From a bacterium (lineage in GTDB: Bacteria > Synergistota > GBS-1), in NCBI GenBank assembly GCA_030153785.1, contig JASKLF010000005.1, positions 32,001 to 96,000 on the forward strand: DNA of 64,000 nt, in the 5' to 3' direction. The notes under the pieces are model-generated. The model did not search any database and was not told where the DNA came from. It worked only from the letters and a program-made list of their open reading frames with translations. The position numbers were made by a program, and so were the translations under genes. How positions within the stretch are numbered: position 1 is the stretch's first letter; each line of letters begins with the position of its first letter. Below, one piece after another: positions 38,653 to 47,785 of the stretch.

Positions 38653-39663
38653 ATGCCCTTAGTTGAGGTTGTAAAGGCTGGCTTGCTTACCACGGTTCAG
38701 GATTTGGGAAGGTTTGGCTATCAGGCGCAGGGGATAAACACGGCTGGTGCCATGGATGAATTCGCCTTGAGGTCCGCCAACATATTGGTGGGAAATCCTC
38801 AAAATGAAGCTTGCCTTGAGGTTACGCTCATTGGACCTACCTTGGCTTTCAATGACGATGTAATTGTGGCTATAACGGGTGGTGACCTTGGCCCTACCCT
38901 CGATGGTTTTCCCATCCCCATGTGGGAAAGCATCTACATTAAAAAGGGTAGCGTTCTTTCCTTTAGGGGGAGAAGATGGGGAGCTCGCTCTTACATCGCC
39001 TTTCAGGGGGGTATTTTTGTTGAGAAGGTGATGGGAAGCAAGTCTACCGATATAAGGGCTCAGATAGGAGGTCTCGAGGGAAGAGCATTGCGGGATGGTG
39101 ATAGGCTTTTTGTCGGCCTTCCTTTAGACAGATCCGTTTTAGGAAGGAGATTCCCTTCTGAGCTTCTACCGCCTTATTCTGACTCTCCCGTGCTGAGGGT
39201 TATCATGGGGCCCGAGGATGACCATTTTAAGCCCGAGTCTATCGAGAGCTTTTTATCTCAGGAGTGGCTTATAACCGAGGCTTCTGATAGAATGGGATAC
39301 AGGCTTGAGGGAGAGCCCTTGAGGCATAACGAAAAGGGAGCGGAGATAATATCCGATGGGATAGCCTTGGGAAGCATTCAGGTTCCAAAGGATGGTAAGC
39401 CGATAGTTCTTCTTAAGGATAGACAGGCGGTTGGCGGATATGCAAAAATAGCGACCGTTATTTCCGTAGATATACCTTTAATCGCTCAGACCCTTCCTGG
39501 GAATAAAGTGAGGTTCGAGAGGATATCCCTTGAGGAGGCGATAAAGGAGCTCGTGAGCTTTGAAAGGAAGCTGTATTATGTAAGCTTTGATGAAAGAAGG
39601 AAGAGTTCGTATAGAATAAAGATTAACGGCAAAGACTTTCTTGTAGAGGTGGAGGAAATTTGA
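38653..39663 (+). CDS. pxpC: 5-oxoprolinase subunit C (KipA/allophanate hydrolase subunit 2)
   Basis: TTVQDLGR.G, GAMD, AN.LVGN, SDRMGYRL, GSIQVP.DG.P, GGYAKIA. Confidence 0.9.
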   Translation: MPLVEVVKAGLLTTVQDLGRFGYQAQGINTAGAMDEFALRSANILVGNPQNEACLEVTLIGPTLAFNDDVIVAITGGDLGPTLDGFPIPMWESIYIKKGSVLSFRGRRWGARSYIAFQGGIFVEKVMGSKSTDIRAQIGGLEGRALRDGDRLFVGLPLDRSVLGRRFPSELLPPYSDSPVLRVIMGPEDDHFKPESIESFLSQEWLITEASDRMGYRLEGEPLRHNEKGAEIISDGIALGSIQVPKDGKPIVLLKDRQAVGGYAKIATVISVDIPLIAQTLPGNKVRFERISLEEAIKELVSFERKLYYVSFDERRKSSYRIKINGKDFLVEVEEI

Positions 39664-42600
39664 CTTTAAGAGGTAGGTTGTGTTTCATACTTACCCTTAT
39701 CTTTATAGCGTTAATCGCGGGGATAGGCTATTACTCTTACACCGTAGCCGTTAAGAGGATCGAGGATGGCGTTAAGGAGCACCTTTTAAGCCATATGGAT
39801 GCCATAGAAGATCTTGCCTCCTCATTTTCTCGAATTTTAAGCTTCGGTCTCAGAAGTAGGGGGGAGAAGGCATCGGATATCATTTTTGCCCTCTTCGGAT
39901 TTTTTGATGCCCTTCCGGATGAAGGCCTTTTAGAGAAGTCGTTGGAAAATTTAAACTTAAAGGGTGTAAGATTTTATCTCCTGGGGGAAAAAAACCTTCA
40001 AGGTTTACCTCTTCCAGAGGGTATTTCCACGAGGGAAGTCCTTTTCTCTCGGGAGGGAAGGGAGTTTTTTTCGGACCCTTCTGGGAATAAGCTCTTGCTG
40101 TTATGGAAGGAAAGGGGAGAGTCAGGTCTTCGCTACCTTGCCCTGGTATCTTTAAGCGAGTTCAGCGAGGAAGCGGAGATGCTCGTTTCGTTGGCAAGAG
40201 AGCTTCTCCTTGAGGCGTTCGGAAGACACCTTCTTGGGCCGAGGGGATACGTTCAGGTCTTTTCAAGTGATGGCACTCTCCTTCTTTTGAGAGGAAGCCA
40301 CATCTTGGACGAGGATGACCTTTTCGGTAGTTCATTTGTAAAGAGGGTTTTCGACTCAGGAAGGGAAGTTTTCACTTACGATTTTAAAGGGGAAAGAAAG
40401 GTGAGAGCCGGAGTAAGGCTGTTTTTCCCAGAGGTCTTCCCCGAGATGGTGGTAATTTCCACGGCTTATCTTTCGGACTTTACCGATGGGGCGGTGAGGG
40501 GCTTTATTCTGAGGGTCTCGGTGTTAGGAGCGATCTTGCTTTTTTCAACATTTTTCTTTATCAATCGCTTTTTAAGGAGGGGATTCTTTTCCTTCCTAAC
40601 TTCTCTGAGCGAAGGCTTTGATAACTTAATGAGGGGAAACTATGGTTACAGGATGAGAAAGCTTGGAGAGAAGTATTTAGATGAGTTAGTTGAAAAATTC
40701 AACAGAGTCGGTGAATCTCTTGACCTTCATAGAAAGGAGATCGAAAGAACCTACTCCGAGCTTTTGAAGATGCATTCCGATCTTAAGGGGAGCAAAGACG
40801 AGCTTGAAGCTACTTATGCCCAGCTTAAGGCCTATGCGAAAACTCTTGAAACGTTGACTGAGGAGCTTTCAAGGAGCAACGAGCTTTTAAGGATGATCGT
40901 TAGAGCTGGGGAAGAGCTTCTTGACTTGTCCAAGTTTTCCGACCCCTATTCTCGAATTTACGAAAGTCTCAGCACCTTTTATAAAGACTGTACCGTTGGA
41001 ATTTACGAGCCCTCTGGTGGTAGAAGAGTTTTGGTTAAAAAGGCTGGCGACGGCGAAGATGTGATAAGCGTGGAAGGCTCTATAGTGGAGGAGGCTCTGA
41101 AGGACATTAAGCCGTTGTTCCTTTCGGAAGGCGGAAAGGTGAGGCTTTTCGTTCCTATCAGTTTCGAGAACAAGCTTTACAGCATTATACTCATATCTTC
41201 AGAAGATAATCGCCTGGGCAAAGTTGACCTTGATGTCATATCGATGCTTGCGAGTATAGCGGGTACTGCTTTTGCAAATAAGGGGTATTTAGACTCTGCA
41301 ATAGAGAAGGCGAGAAAGCTTGGCGTTTTAGCTCAAATATCCGAGGTGTTAGCCTCAAGTAGAAGCCTCGTGGAGGACTTAAGGCTGATCATAGAAAATA
41401 TAGCGAACAAGCTTGAGTATGATTGTTTGGAGGTGTTCTTAAAGGAAGGAGAGCGCCTTCAGAGGGTGGCATCGGCTGGCAAAATATCGGAGATCGATTA
41501 TGGAGAGGAAGGCTGGGATATAAGCAAGGGGGTCTGTGGTTGGGTTGCAAGATATGGCAGAGGTGTCTTCATCCCCGATGTAACCAAGGATCACAGATAT
41601 GTGGAGGTTGTAAAGGGTATTAAGGGTGAGATAGTGGTTCCCATCTTAGGTGATGGTGAGATTTATGGAATCATAAACCTGGAGAGCTTTTCAGAGCTCT
41701 CTTATGATGATTACGAAATATTGAGCATACTTGGTAGGCAGATTGGTATGGCTTTAAGGAAAGAGAGGCTCTTTAAGAGTGTTGCAGAGGAAGCCAGGAG
41801 GTTTAAAACCCTGTATGAGCTATCTTTGGGATTGAGCTCTCCTGAAGCCTTAGAGGATGTTCTCGATAAAGTTTGCAAGAGAATAGAGAAGGAGCGGGGA
41901 TATGTTAACATAAGCGTAGCGATTTATGATAGAAAGCGTGTTTCGTGGAGGCTATTGGCTGGCAGGGTTAAGAGCAAGCTCTCGGAGGAAACCTTTAAGA
42001 AACTTGAAAGCGCTGGTGGGGTCGTATCCAAGGCTCTTCGTGAGGGTGCGGTGGTAAATGTTCCTGATGTTAGAAAGGTGGGGTATTACATCGAGGTTTT
42101 CGAGGAAACCCTGTCGGAGTTAGCTGTTCCCATATATGTGGGGGACAGAATAGAAGGCGTTTTGGATGTGGAGAGCCCTCGTTTGAATGATTTTTCTAAA
42201 GAGGATGAAGAGTTTTTTGAATCGATCGCTAATATGATTGGGCTTGTCTTAGCGAGGGAGAGGCTTCTTGAGGACTTAAGGACTCAAGGGAGGAAGCTTG
42301 AATCGCTTCTTCATATCTCAAGAAGACTGATGCTAATAAACGATGAGGACGAGTTGTATGGATATCTGTGTAAAGCTCTGGCTGAAAGCTTGGGCTATAA
42401 GAGGGTTGCCTATCGAAAGGTGGACTGGGAGAGAGGCATTGCCTTTTTAAAGGGCGAGGCTGGGGAATGGTTGGGTGTTGGTGAGAATATTCCCCTTGAC
42501 AGGGGGACGGTGGCTGGCTATGTGGCATTCACGGGGGATGTTTTCAAGAGCGACGATCTCGATAGCGACACGAGGATTAAAAGAAAATACATTAAGGGCG

Positions 42601-43835
42601 TTAAATCCATCATAGCCATTCCGTTGAAGGTCAACGGTAGCGTTGATGGCATCCTTTTCGTTTCTGATGGTGAAGAAAAGGCCTTCACCAAATATGATGA
42701 GGAGCTACTTTATATGGTGGTTAGCCTTCTTTCCTCTTCCTTAGATAGGATAAAGTTCTTAAATTCGATTAATAAGAAGAGTCAGGTTATGGATCTTCTT
42801 TATAAGCTTTCTTTAAGGCTTTCACGGTGCTTATCTGAAGAGGAAGTTTACGATGTGGTTATTGACTTCTTGAAAGAGGTAGAGTCTTATTCCAAGATAA
42901 CCATAATGACTCTTGAGGGAGAGGAGCTCGTTCTTAAAAGGTCTTATCCCTCAAGAGGTAAGGTAGTGAGGCTAAAGCTTGGTGAGGGTATAACGGGTTG
43001 GGTTGCGCTTCACGGTGAAAGCGTTTTGGTCGGAGATGTGTCTAAGGATTCCCGCTATGTCGAATGGTTTGAGGGCATTAAAAGTGAGCTTGCCGTTCCT
43101 GTAAGGGTTGAAGGCAACATCTACGGTGTTTTGAACTTGGAGAGCGAGATAATGGGAGTCTTCACCGAAGAGGACCGATGGCTCCTGGAGGCGGTTGCCA
43201 CATCAATGGGCATCGTGCTTGAAAATATTTCTCATCTGAAAGACCCGGAGGATAATCTTTTCGCTACCACCTTGGCCCTGGCAAAGACCATCGAATATAA
43301 AGACCCATACACAAGAGGACATTGTGAGAGAGTTATGGAGTATGCCGATGCCTTGGCCCTAAGAATAGGGCTTTCGGATGTTGAAAGGAAGCGATTAAGA
43401 TATGCCTGTATATTGCACGATATAGGGAAGATCGGCGTTCCCGGGCGTATTCTTGACAAGCCCGGAAGACTTACCGATGAGGAATATGAGATAGTTAAAA
43501 GACATCCCGTTTTGGGAGAGGAGCTTCTGAAAGAGGTTCCCTTCTTGAGGGAGATATCGCTTTTAGTTCGTTGGCATCATGAAAGATGGGATGGAAGGGG
43601 ATATCCTGATGGCTTGAAGGGTTATGAGATACCCTTGGAAAGCAGAATAATGGCCATAGCGGATGCCTTTGATGCCATGACTTCAGACAGACCCTACAGA
43701 AGGGCGCTTTCAAAGGAGGAAGCCATCGCCCAGATAAGAGGCGGTATGGGAACCCAATTTGACCCTGTGTTAGCTTCGGAGTTTCTGAGTTTAATAGAGG
43801 GGGGTGAGTTTGATGAGGATAGACTTAAACAGTGA
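39660..43835 (+). CDS. membrane sensor with HAMP, about five GAF domains and HD-GYP
   Basis: TM-periplasmic-TM, HAMP/coil, repeated GAF motifs (PDV..D.RY..SELAVP..GVL.LES), YTRGHCERV, LHDIGK, HHERWDGRGYP. Confidence 0.88.
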   Translation: MTLRGRLCFILTLIFIALIAGIGYYSYTVAVKRIEDGVKEHLLSHMDAIEDLASSFSRILSFGLRSRGEKASDIIFALFGFFDALPDEGLLEKSLENLNLKGVRFYLLGEKNLQGLPLPEGISTREVLFSREGREFFSDPSGNKLLLLWKERGESGLRYLALVSLSEFSEEAEMLVSLARELLLEAFGRHLLGPRGYVQVFSSDGTLLLLRGSHILDEDDLFGSSFVKRVFDSGREVFTYDFKGERKVRAGVRLFFPEVFPEMVVISTAYLSDFTDGAVRGFILRVSVLGAILLFSTFFFINRFLRRGFFSFLTSLSEGFDNLMRGNYGYRMRKLGEKYLDELVEKFNRVGESLDLHRKEIERTYSELLKMHSDLKGSKDELEATYAQLKAYAKTLETLTEELSRSNELLRMIVRAGEELLDLSKFSDPYSRIYESLSTFYKDCTVGIYEPSGGRRVLVKKAGDGEDVISVEGSIVEEALKDIKPLFLSEGGKVRLFVPISFENKLYSIILISSEDNRLGKVDLDVISMLASIAGTAFANKGYLDSAIEKARKLGVLAQISEVLASSRSLVEDLRLIIENIANKLEYDCLEVFLKEGERLQRVASAGKISEIDYGEEGWDISKGVCGWVARYGRGVFIPDVTKDHRYVEVVKGIKGEIVVPILGDGEIYGIINLESFSELSYDDYEILSILGRQIGMALRKERLFKSVAEEARRFKTLYELSLGLSSPEALEDVLDKVCKRIEKERGYVNISVAIYDRKRVSWRLLAGRVKSKLSEETFKKLESAGGVVSKALREGAVVNVPDVRKVGYYIEVFEETLSELAVPIYVGDRIEGVLDVESPRLNDFSKEDEEFFESIANMIGLVLARERLLEDLRTQGRKLESLLHISRRLMLINDEDELYGYLCKALAESLGYKRVAYRKVDWERGIAFLKGEAGEWLGVGENIPLDRGTVAGYVAFTGDVFKSDDLDSDTRIKRKYIKGVKSIIAIPLKVNGSVDGILFVSDGEEKAFTKYDEELLYMVVSLLSSSLDRIKFLNSINKKSQVMDLLYKLSLRLSRCLSEEEVYDVVIDFLKEVESYSKITIMTLEGEELVLKRSYPSRGKVVRLKLGEGITGWVALHGESVLVGDVSKDSRYVEWFEGIKSELAVPVRVEGNIYGVLNLESEIMGVFTEEDRWLLEAVATSMGIVLENISHLKDPEDNLFATTLALAKTIEYKDPYTRGHCERVMEYADALALRIGLSDVERKRLRYACILHDIGKIGVPGRILDKPGRLTDEEYEIVKRHPVLGEELLKEVPFLREISLLVRWHHERWDGRGYPDGLKGYEIPLESRIMAIADAFDAMTSDRPYRRALSKEEAIAQIRGGMGTQFDPVLASEFLSLIEGGEFDEDRLKQ

Positions 43836-44589
43836 TATGGGGGAAAGCTTTGGAAGATATAAGCTTGGATACGATGAAGAGCTCTTAAAATACGTCTCTT
43901 CTGCAAACATAGCCTGTGGGCTTCATGCGGGTGACCCGTTGGTCATGGAACGCACGGTAAAGGAGGCCTTATCTCGAGGAGTGGGAGTTGGGGCACATCC
44001 GGGTTATCCTGACCTTCAGGGCTTTGGCAGAAGGTCCATATCTATGTCTCCTGAGGAAGTGGAGGCCTTCGTCCTGTATCAGATAGGGGCGCTTTATGCC
44101 TTTGTCAAGGCCAATGGTGGCACCTTAAGGCATGTTAAGCCTCATGGACAGCTTTATAATGACGCAAATAACGCGGCGTCCCGTGGAGACGAAAGCATTG
44201 CGAGGGCCATCGGTAATGCGGTTAAAAGATTTGACCCATCTTTAATCTTGGTTGGCCTTGCGGGAAGCAAAATGGTGGAGGTCTGGAGAAGGATGGGGCT
44301 CAAGGTGGCTGAGGAGGTCTTCGCAGATAGAGCTTATAATCCTGATGGGACCCTCGTTTCCCGTTCGAAGCCTGGCGCCGTGATAAAGGACCCCGATGAG
44401 GTTGTTAACAGGGTGATTCGTATGGTCAAAGAGAGGGAGGTAGTTGCCATAGATGGAACGGTAATAAGAAACTTGAGCTTCGATACCATATGTGTTCACG
44501 GGGATACTCCTACAGCTGTTGAGCTGGTTAAGAGGATAAGAGAGGCGCTTGATAGGGAAGGAATAGAAGTGAAGCCCATGGAAGTTTGA
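43813..44589 (+). CDS. pxpA: 5-oxoprolinase subunit A (LamB/YcsF)
   Basis: IDLNSDMGESFG, SANIACGLHAGDP, GAHPGYPD..GFGRR, HVKPHG.LYN, EVFADRAY, TICVHGD. Confidence 0.93.
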   Translation: MRIDLNSDMGESFGRYKLGYDEELLKYVSSANIACGLHAGDPLVMERTVKEALSRGVGVGAHPGYPDLQGFGRRSISMSPEEVEAFVLYQIGALYAFVKANGGTLRHVKPHGQLYNDANNAASRGDESIARAIGNAVKRFDPSLILVGLAGSKMVEVWRRMGLKVAEEVFADRAYNPDGTLVSRSKPGAVIKDPDEVVNRVIRMVKEREVVAIDGTVIRNLSFDTICVHGDTPTAVELVKRIREALDREGIEVKPMEV

Positions 44590-44602
44590 GGGCGAAAGTT
44601 TC

Positions 44603-44643
44603 AAATCCCCGGTTCCGGAAAGGGAACCGGGGATTTTTTATTT
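44603..44643 (+). terminator. intrinsic terminator
   Basis: AAATCCCCGGTTCC-ggaaag-GGAACCGGGGATTT plus T-run. Confidence 0.8.
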
Positions 44644-44714
44644 GTTAAAAATTTTTACTATAGCAAATAACCCCCTCTTTTCTTCATCTATATAAGTGGA
44701 AAGGGGGTGATAAG

Positions 44715-44912
44715 ATGGCTACATTTGTAGATGCGTTATCGAGGATGAGCGTTAGGGTTATTGAGAATGGTAGTAGAAGGACCTATGCGTGGCGAAATGT
44801 TAAGCCCACCGTTACGGCGGACGACCTCGATGCCGTTTTAAGTGCGCTTATGTCTCTTTCCTTGTCCCAGGTTCTTGATAGGCTTTTGATTCGTCAGCAG
44901 AACATAATCTAA
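44715..44912 (+). CDS. DUF1659-like small protein
   Basis: 65 aa, RTYAWRNVKPTVTADDL..V..AL.SL pattern; SD GGGGGTGA; typical partner of DUF2922. Confidence 0.6.
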   Translation: MATFVDALSRMSVRVIENGSRRTYAWRNVKPTVTADDLDAVLSALMSLSLSQVLDRLLIRQQNII

Positions 44913-44930
44913 GGAAGGGGGTGATAATAG

Positions 44931-45128
44931 GTGAGGTTCTTGCACATGTATTTTTCAAACGATGCTGGAAGAAGGGTTAGGATTACCGTTAGAAATGCCC
45001 GTGAAGATGTTACCGCTGATGAAGTTTCGCAAGTTATGGACTTACTGATATCCAAGGATATTTTTTCTCCCTCCTTAACTTCTGTGATAGGTGCTGAAAT
45101 CGAGGAAAGAAGCGTAACCGAGCTTTAG
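44931..45128 (+). CDS. DUF2922-like small protein
   Basis: L.M.F....G....ITV.N.REDVT..EV...MD..I...IF....V.GA.I pattern. Confidence 0.7.
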   Translation: MRFLHMYFSNDAGRRVRITVRNAREDVTADEVSQVMDLLISKDIFSPSLTSVIGAEIEERSVTEL

Positions 45129-45136
45129 TCAAGGCG

Positions 45137-45168
45137 GGGCTTGAAGGCTGCTTGCAGCCTTCAAGCCC
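45137..45168 (+). other. intercistronic 14-bp stem-loop
   Basis: GGGCTTGAAGGCTG-cttg-CAGCCTTCAAGCCC, no U-tract. Confidence 0.55.
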
Positions 45169-45269
45169 TCTTAAAAATCTAAAGGAGGGTAGGTAAATGA
45201 GGGTTAAGCTTTTTGGTGAGATTCCCAAGGAATTTGACGAATTAAGTGAAGTTCGAGGAGGGAAAGGGA

Positions 45270-45683
45270 ATGAACAGGATAAAGATATCTTTAAACTTTT
45301 ATCTAAACGAGTTCGAGTGCCCTTGTTGTCAGAGGGTAAAGATAGATGAGATCTTGCTTTGGAAGCTTGAAGCTCTGAGGATAATCTGGGGTATGCCCTT
45401 AAGGGTGACGAGCGGTTACAGGTGTGAGAAGCACAACAAGGAGGTAGGCGGAGCTGAGAACTCTCTTCATCTTAGGGGAAGAGCGGTTGACATAGCTGTT
45501 AAGGAGGAGGACCAGGGAAAATTTCTAACCTTGGCGAAGCTCGTTGGCTTTAAGGTTATTCCCTATCCCAAGAGAAACTTTGTCCACTTAGATGTGGGAG
45601 GTGAAGGTCTTGGACGTATATCAGGTGATATCGAATCTAGGGTTTCCAATAGTCCTGAGCTTTTACCTTTTAACCCGTCTTGA
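45270..45683 (+). CDS. peptidase M15A (Zn D-Ala-D-Ala/L-Ala-D-Glu type, endolysin-like)
   Basis: NF...EF.C.CC, VTSGYRC..HN..VGG..NS.H..G.AVD, FVHLD. ATG 45270 after GAGGAGG. Confidence 0.85.
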   Translation: MNRIKISLNFYLNEFECPCCQRVKIDEILLWKLEALRIIWGMPLRVTSGYRCEKHNKEVGGAENSLHLRGRAVDIAVKEEDQGKFLTLAKLVGFKVIPYPKRNFVHLDVGGEGLGRISGDIESRVSNSPELLPFNPS

Positions 45684-45765
45684 GCGGGAGATGAAGGAGC
45701 TTAAAGAGGCGATTCATCAGTTAAGTAGTGCCATAGAAGGAAACGCTTTAAAAATCGGTCAGTAA
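45610..45765 (+). CDS. YvrJ-family small membrane protein (51 aa)
   Basis: Below ORF-track cutoff. TTG after SD GGAGGTG: MDVYQVISNLGFPIVLSFYLLTRLEREMKELKEAIHQLSSAIEGNALKIGQ, matching the YvrJ pattern I.N.GFPI....YLL.R.E. Confidence 0.8.
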   Translation: MDVYQVISNLGFPIVLSFYLLTRLEREMKELKEAIHQLSSAIEGNALKIGQ

Positions 45766-45771
45766 AAGCGT

Positions 45772-45805
45772 GGGCAGGGCGTTTAAGCCCTGCCCCTTAT
45801 TTTTT
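45772..45805. terminator. terminator hairpin between convergent units
   Basis: GGGCAGGGC-gtttaa-GCCCTGCCC followed by CTTATTTTTT. Confidence 0.65.
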
Positions 45806-47041
45806 AAGGTAGGATTTGGTTATTAAATCTGCCATTAAGGTCGGTATTATGGCTAAGTAGAAACTTTTTATGCTGAAAATTTCGTAGGAGAGAATTGCAC
45901 AGCTAAGCGGGGATCCAACCGCTCCTGCAAGGGTTGATGTGGCGGTAAAGGCTATAAAGAAGGCCTTGTCTTCCAAGCTTACGAACCCAAGAGAGTGAAG
46001 GATAAAAAATATTCCTCCTCCCATTAATCCTCCTGTTACCAGAGAGGGACCTATCATACCTCCACTTCCTCCAGCCCCCACATAGCTTCCGTTTGAAATA
46101 ATTTTGCCTAACCCCCCTAAGATGAGGATAAAGGATAGGGAGAGAAGCTCCCCCGCGTTTGATGGTTCGATGTCTTTTAATACTATTAAATTGTCAAATC
46201 CGTGCCCCAGGATGTTGGGAAACCTTAAGAGGGACGGAAAAATGAAGACCAGGAGAACTATTATTAGGGAGGTCAGGGATGGCAAAAATGGTTTTAGGTT
46301 CTTTCCTATTTTGTTACTCAGATTGCTAACCTTTTCATAGTATTTGACGAAAAGATAAGAGGAAACTCCTCCAGTAAGCCCTATAATGGGGAGAGATAGT
46401 AACGTTTCCATGTCTAAAGCGGTATTTTCTAACTTTAAAAGATTAAATTCATTAAAATTGATGAAAGATATGAACGCCCCAATTGTGGAGGCTATCTCCA
46501 TGTATATTAGCTTCCTGATATTTTTCCTCAATCTTGAGAGAAACCTACCATAGTATAGTTCGAAGATGAATAATCCTCCTCCTATCGGGGCTCTTAAGGC
46601 AGCTCCTATGCCTGCTGACAGGGCTATAAGGGAGAAAGTCTCAGCGTGCTCCTTAAAGAGGCCGTGAGCCAGAAGATAGCCTATCCTTCCAGATGGTCCC
46701 ACAAGCCCTCCGCTGTTTCCAAGTCCAATACCTATTATTTGAGCAAAGAGTTTTAGTAAAAGGGCTTGGAATGGTTTAGGAGGTTTTTCTCCTCTTTTTA
46801 TCTCTTCTAAAGTTAAATCCAAGCCTGGTCCCCAGCCTTTAAGCCCTTTAAATTTATCGTTCCATATTAGTAAACCTGCAATTAGCGCTCCTAAGGGGGG
46901 AAAGATGAGAAAAATAACGTTCTCTCTTGCTAAGCCGAGAATTAACCCCCACAGGTCGATTATCAGAAGGAGCTTGATGTTTACTATAATTCCTATGATG
47001 ATACTTGAAAGGATTAGACGGCCTATTTCTCCAAGCATCAT
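45797..47041 (-). CDS. ClC-family chloride/fluoride channel-like protein
   Basis: Polytopic; GNSGGLVGPS, AGIGAALRAPIGG..F..E, GGSGG.IGPSL..G, G.PL. Confidence 0.75.
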   Translation of the reverse strand: MMLGEIGRLILSSIIIGIIVNIKLLLIIDLWGLILGLARENVIFLIFPPLGALIAGLLIWNDKFKGLKGWGPGLDLTLEEIKRGEKPPKPFQALLLKLFAQIIGIGLGNSGGLVGPSGRIGYLLAHGLFKEHAETFSLIALSAGIGAALRAPIGGGLFIFELYYGRFLSRLRKNIRKLIYMEIASTIGAFISFINFNEFNLLKLENTALDMETLLSLPIIGLTGGVSSYLFVKYYEKVSNLSNKIGKNLKPFLPSLTSLIIVLLVFIFPSLLRFPNILGHGFDNLIVLKDIEPSNAGELLSLSFILILGGLGKIISNGSYVGAGGSGGMIGPSLVTGGLMGGGIFFILHSLGFVSLEDKAFFIAFTATSTLAGAVGSPLSCAILSYEIFSIKSFYLAIIPTLMADLITKSYLKK

Positions 47042-47070
47042 TCTAACTCAGTTAATTTTATCATAGTTTG

Positions 47071-47126
47071 TTGACATTGGAAGCTTTCTGTGATATTCTT
47101 TATTTATCGAACAATTTTGTATACAA
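47071..47126 (+). promoter_or_regulatory. promoter with GntR-type operator for the B12-enzyme operon
   Basis: TTGACA(47071)-17 nt-TATTCT with TGn extension; palindrome TTGTATACAA at 47117-47126 just before the gntR SD. Confidence 0.65.
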
Positions 47127-47137
47127 GGTGGTGTGCC

Positions 47138-47785
47138 ATGAAAGATATAGCCGAGCTTATAAAGAGAGGTATCATAATGGGTAAGTTTTTACCGGGGCAA
47201 CGGCTTAACGAGGCTGACCTGGCTGTTGAGTTTGGGGTGAGTAGGACGCCTGTAAGAGAGGCTTTAAGGGAATTGGTAGCGTGTGGTCTTCTTGAATATG
47301 AGAAGCATAAGGGGATAAGGGTGAAGAGGTATACCCTATCTGAGATAAGATACATATACGAGGTATGGTCTGAGCTGGAGGCTATAGCGGCGAGGCTATC
47401 TGCCTCTCGGATAGACGAAGCTTCCCTCCGGAGGATGAAGGATGTTCTCGATAAACAGGAAAGGCTTGTAAGGCTTGGGGAGATAAACTGGGATTACATA
47501 GAGCTTAATGATGAGTTTCATCTCGTTATTGCCAGTTCCACGCAAAATCCCTATTTGCTCAAAATGCTTTCTAACATGAGGGAGCTTATGAGACTTTACA
47601 GGCTTGGAAGCCCTGGCTGCTTGGGCAGGCTTAAGGATTCTTTTGAGGAGCATAAGAGGATCTTCGAGGCAATTAAAAATCGAGACCCGGAAGGAGCTTA
47701 TGCCTCAGCCTTTACCCATGTAAGGAATGCTTTCGCATATCTTGAAAATCGGGGGGTAAGCGAGATTGGTGTCCGAGCCTTATGA
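47138..47785 (+). CDS. GntR-family (FCD) transcriptional regulator
   Basis: PGQRL.EADLA..FGVSRTPVREAL, LNDEFH..IA....NPYL, EH..I..AI. ATG 47138. Confidence 0.92.
   Translation: MKDIAELIKRGIIMGKFLPGQRLNEADLAVEFGVSRTPVREALRELVACGLLEYEKHKGIRVKRYTLSEIRYIYEVWSELEAIAARLSASRIDEASLRRMKDVLDKQERLVRLGEINWDYIELNDEFHLVIASSTQNPYLLKMLSNMRELMRLYRLGSPGCLGRLKDSFEEHKRIFEAIKNRDPEGAYASAFTHVRNAFAYLENRGVSEIGVRAL

Noticed and set aside
44715..45765. Prophage call for the M15 peptidase cassette
   Set aside because: No integrase, terminase, capsid, tail genes or att-like repeats nearby.
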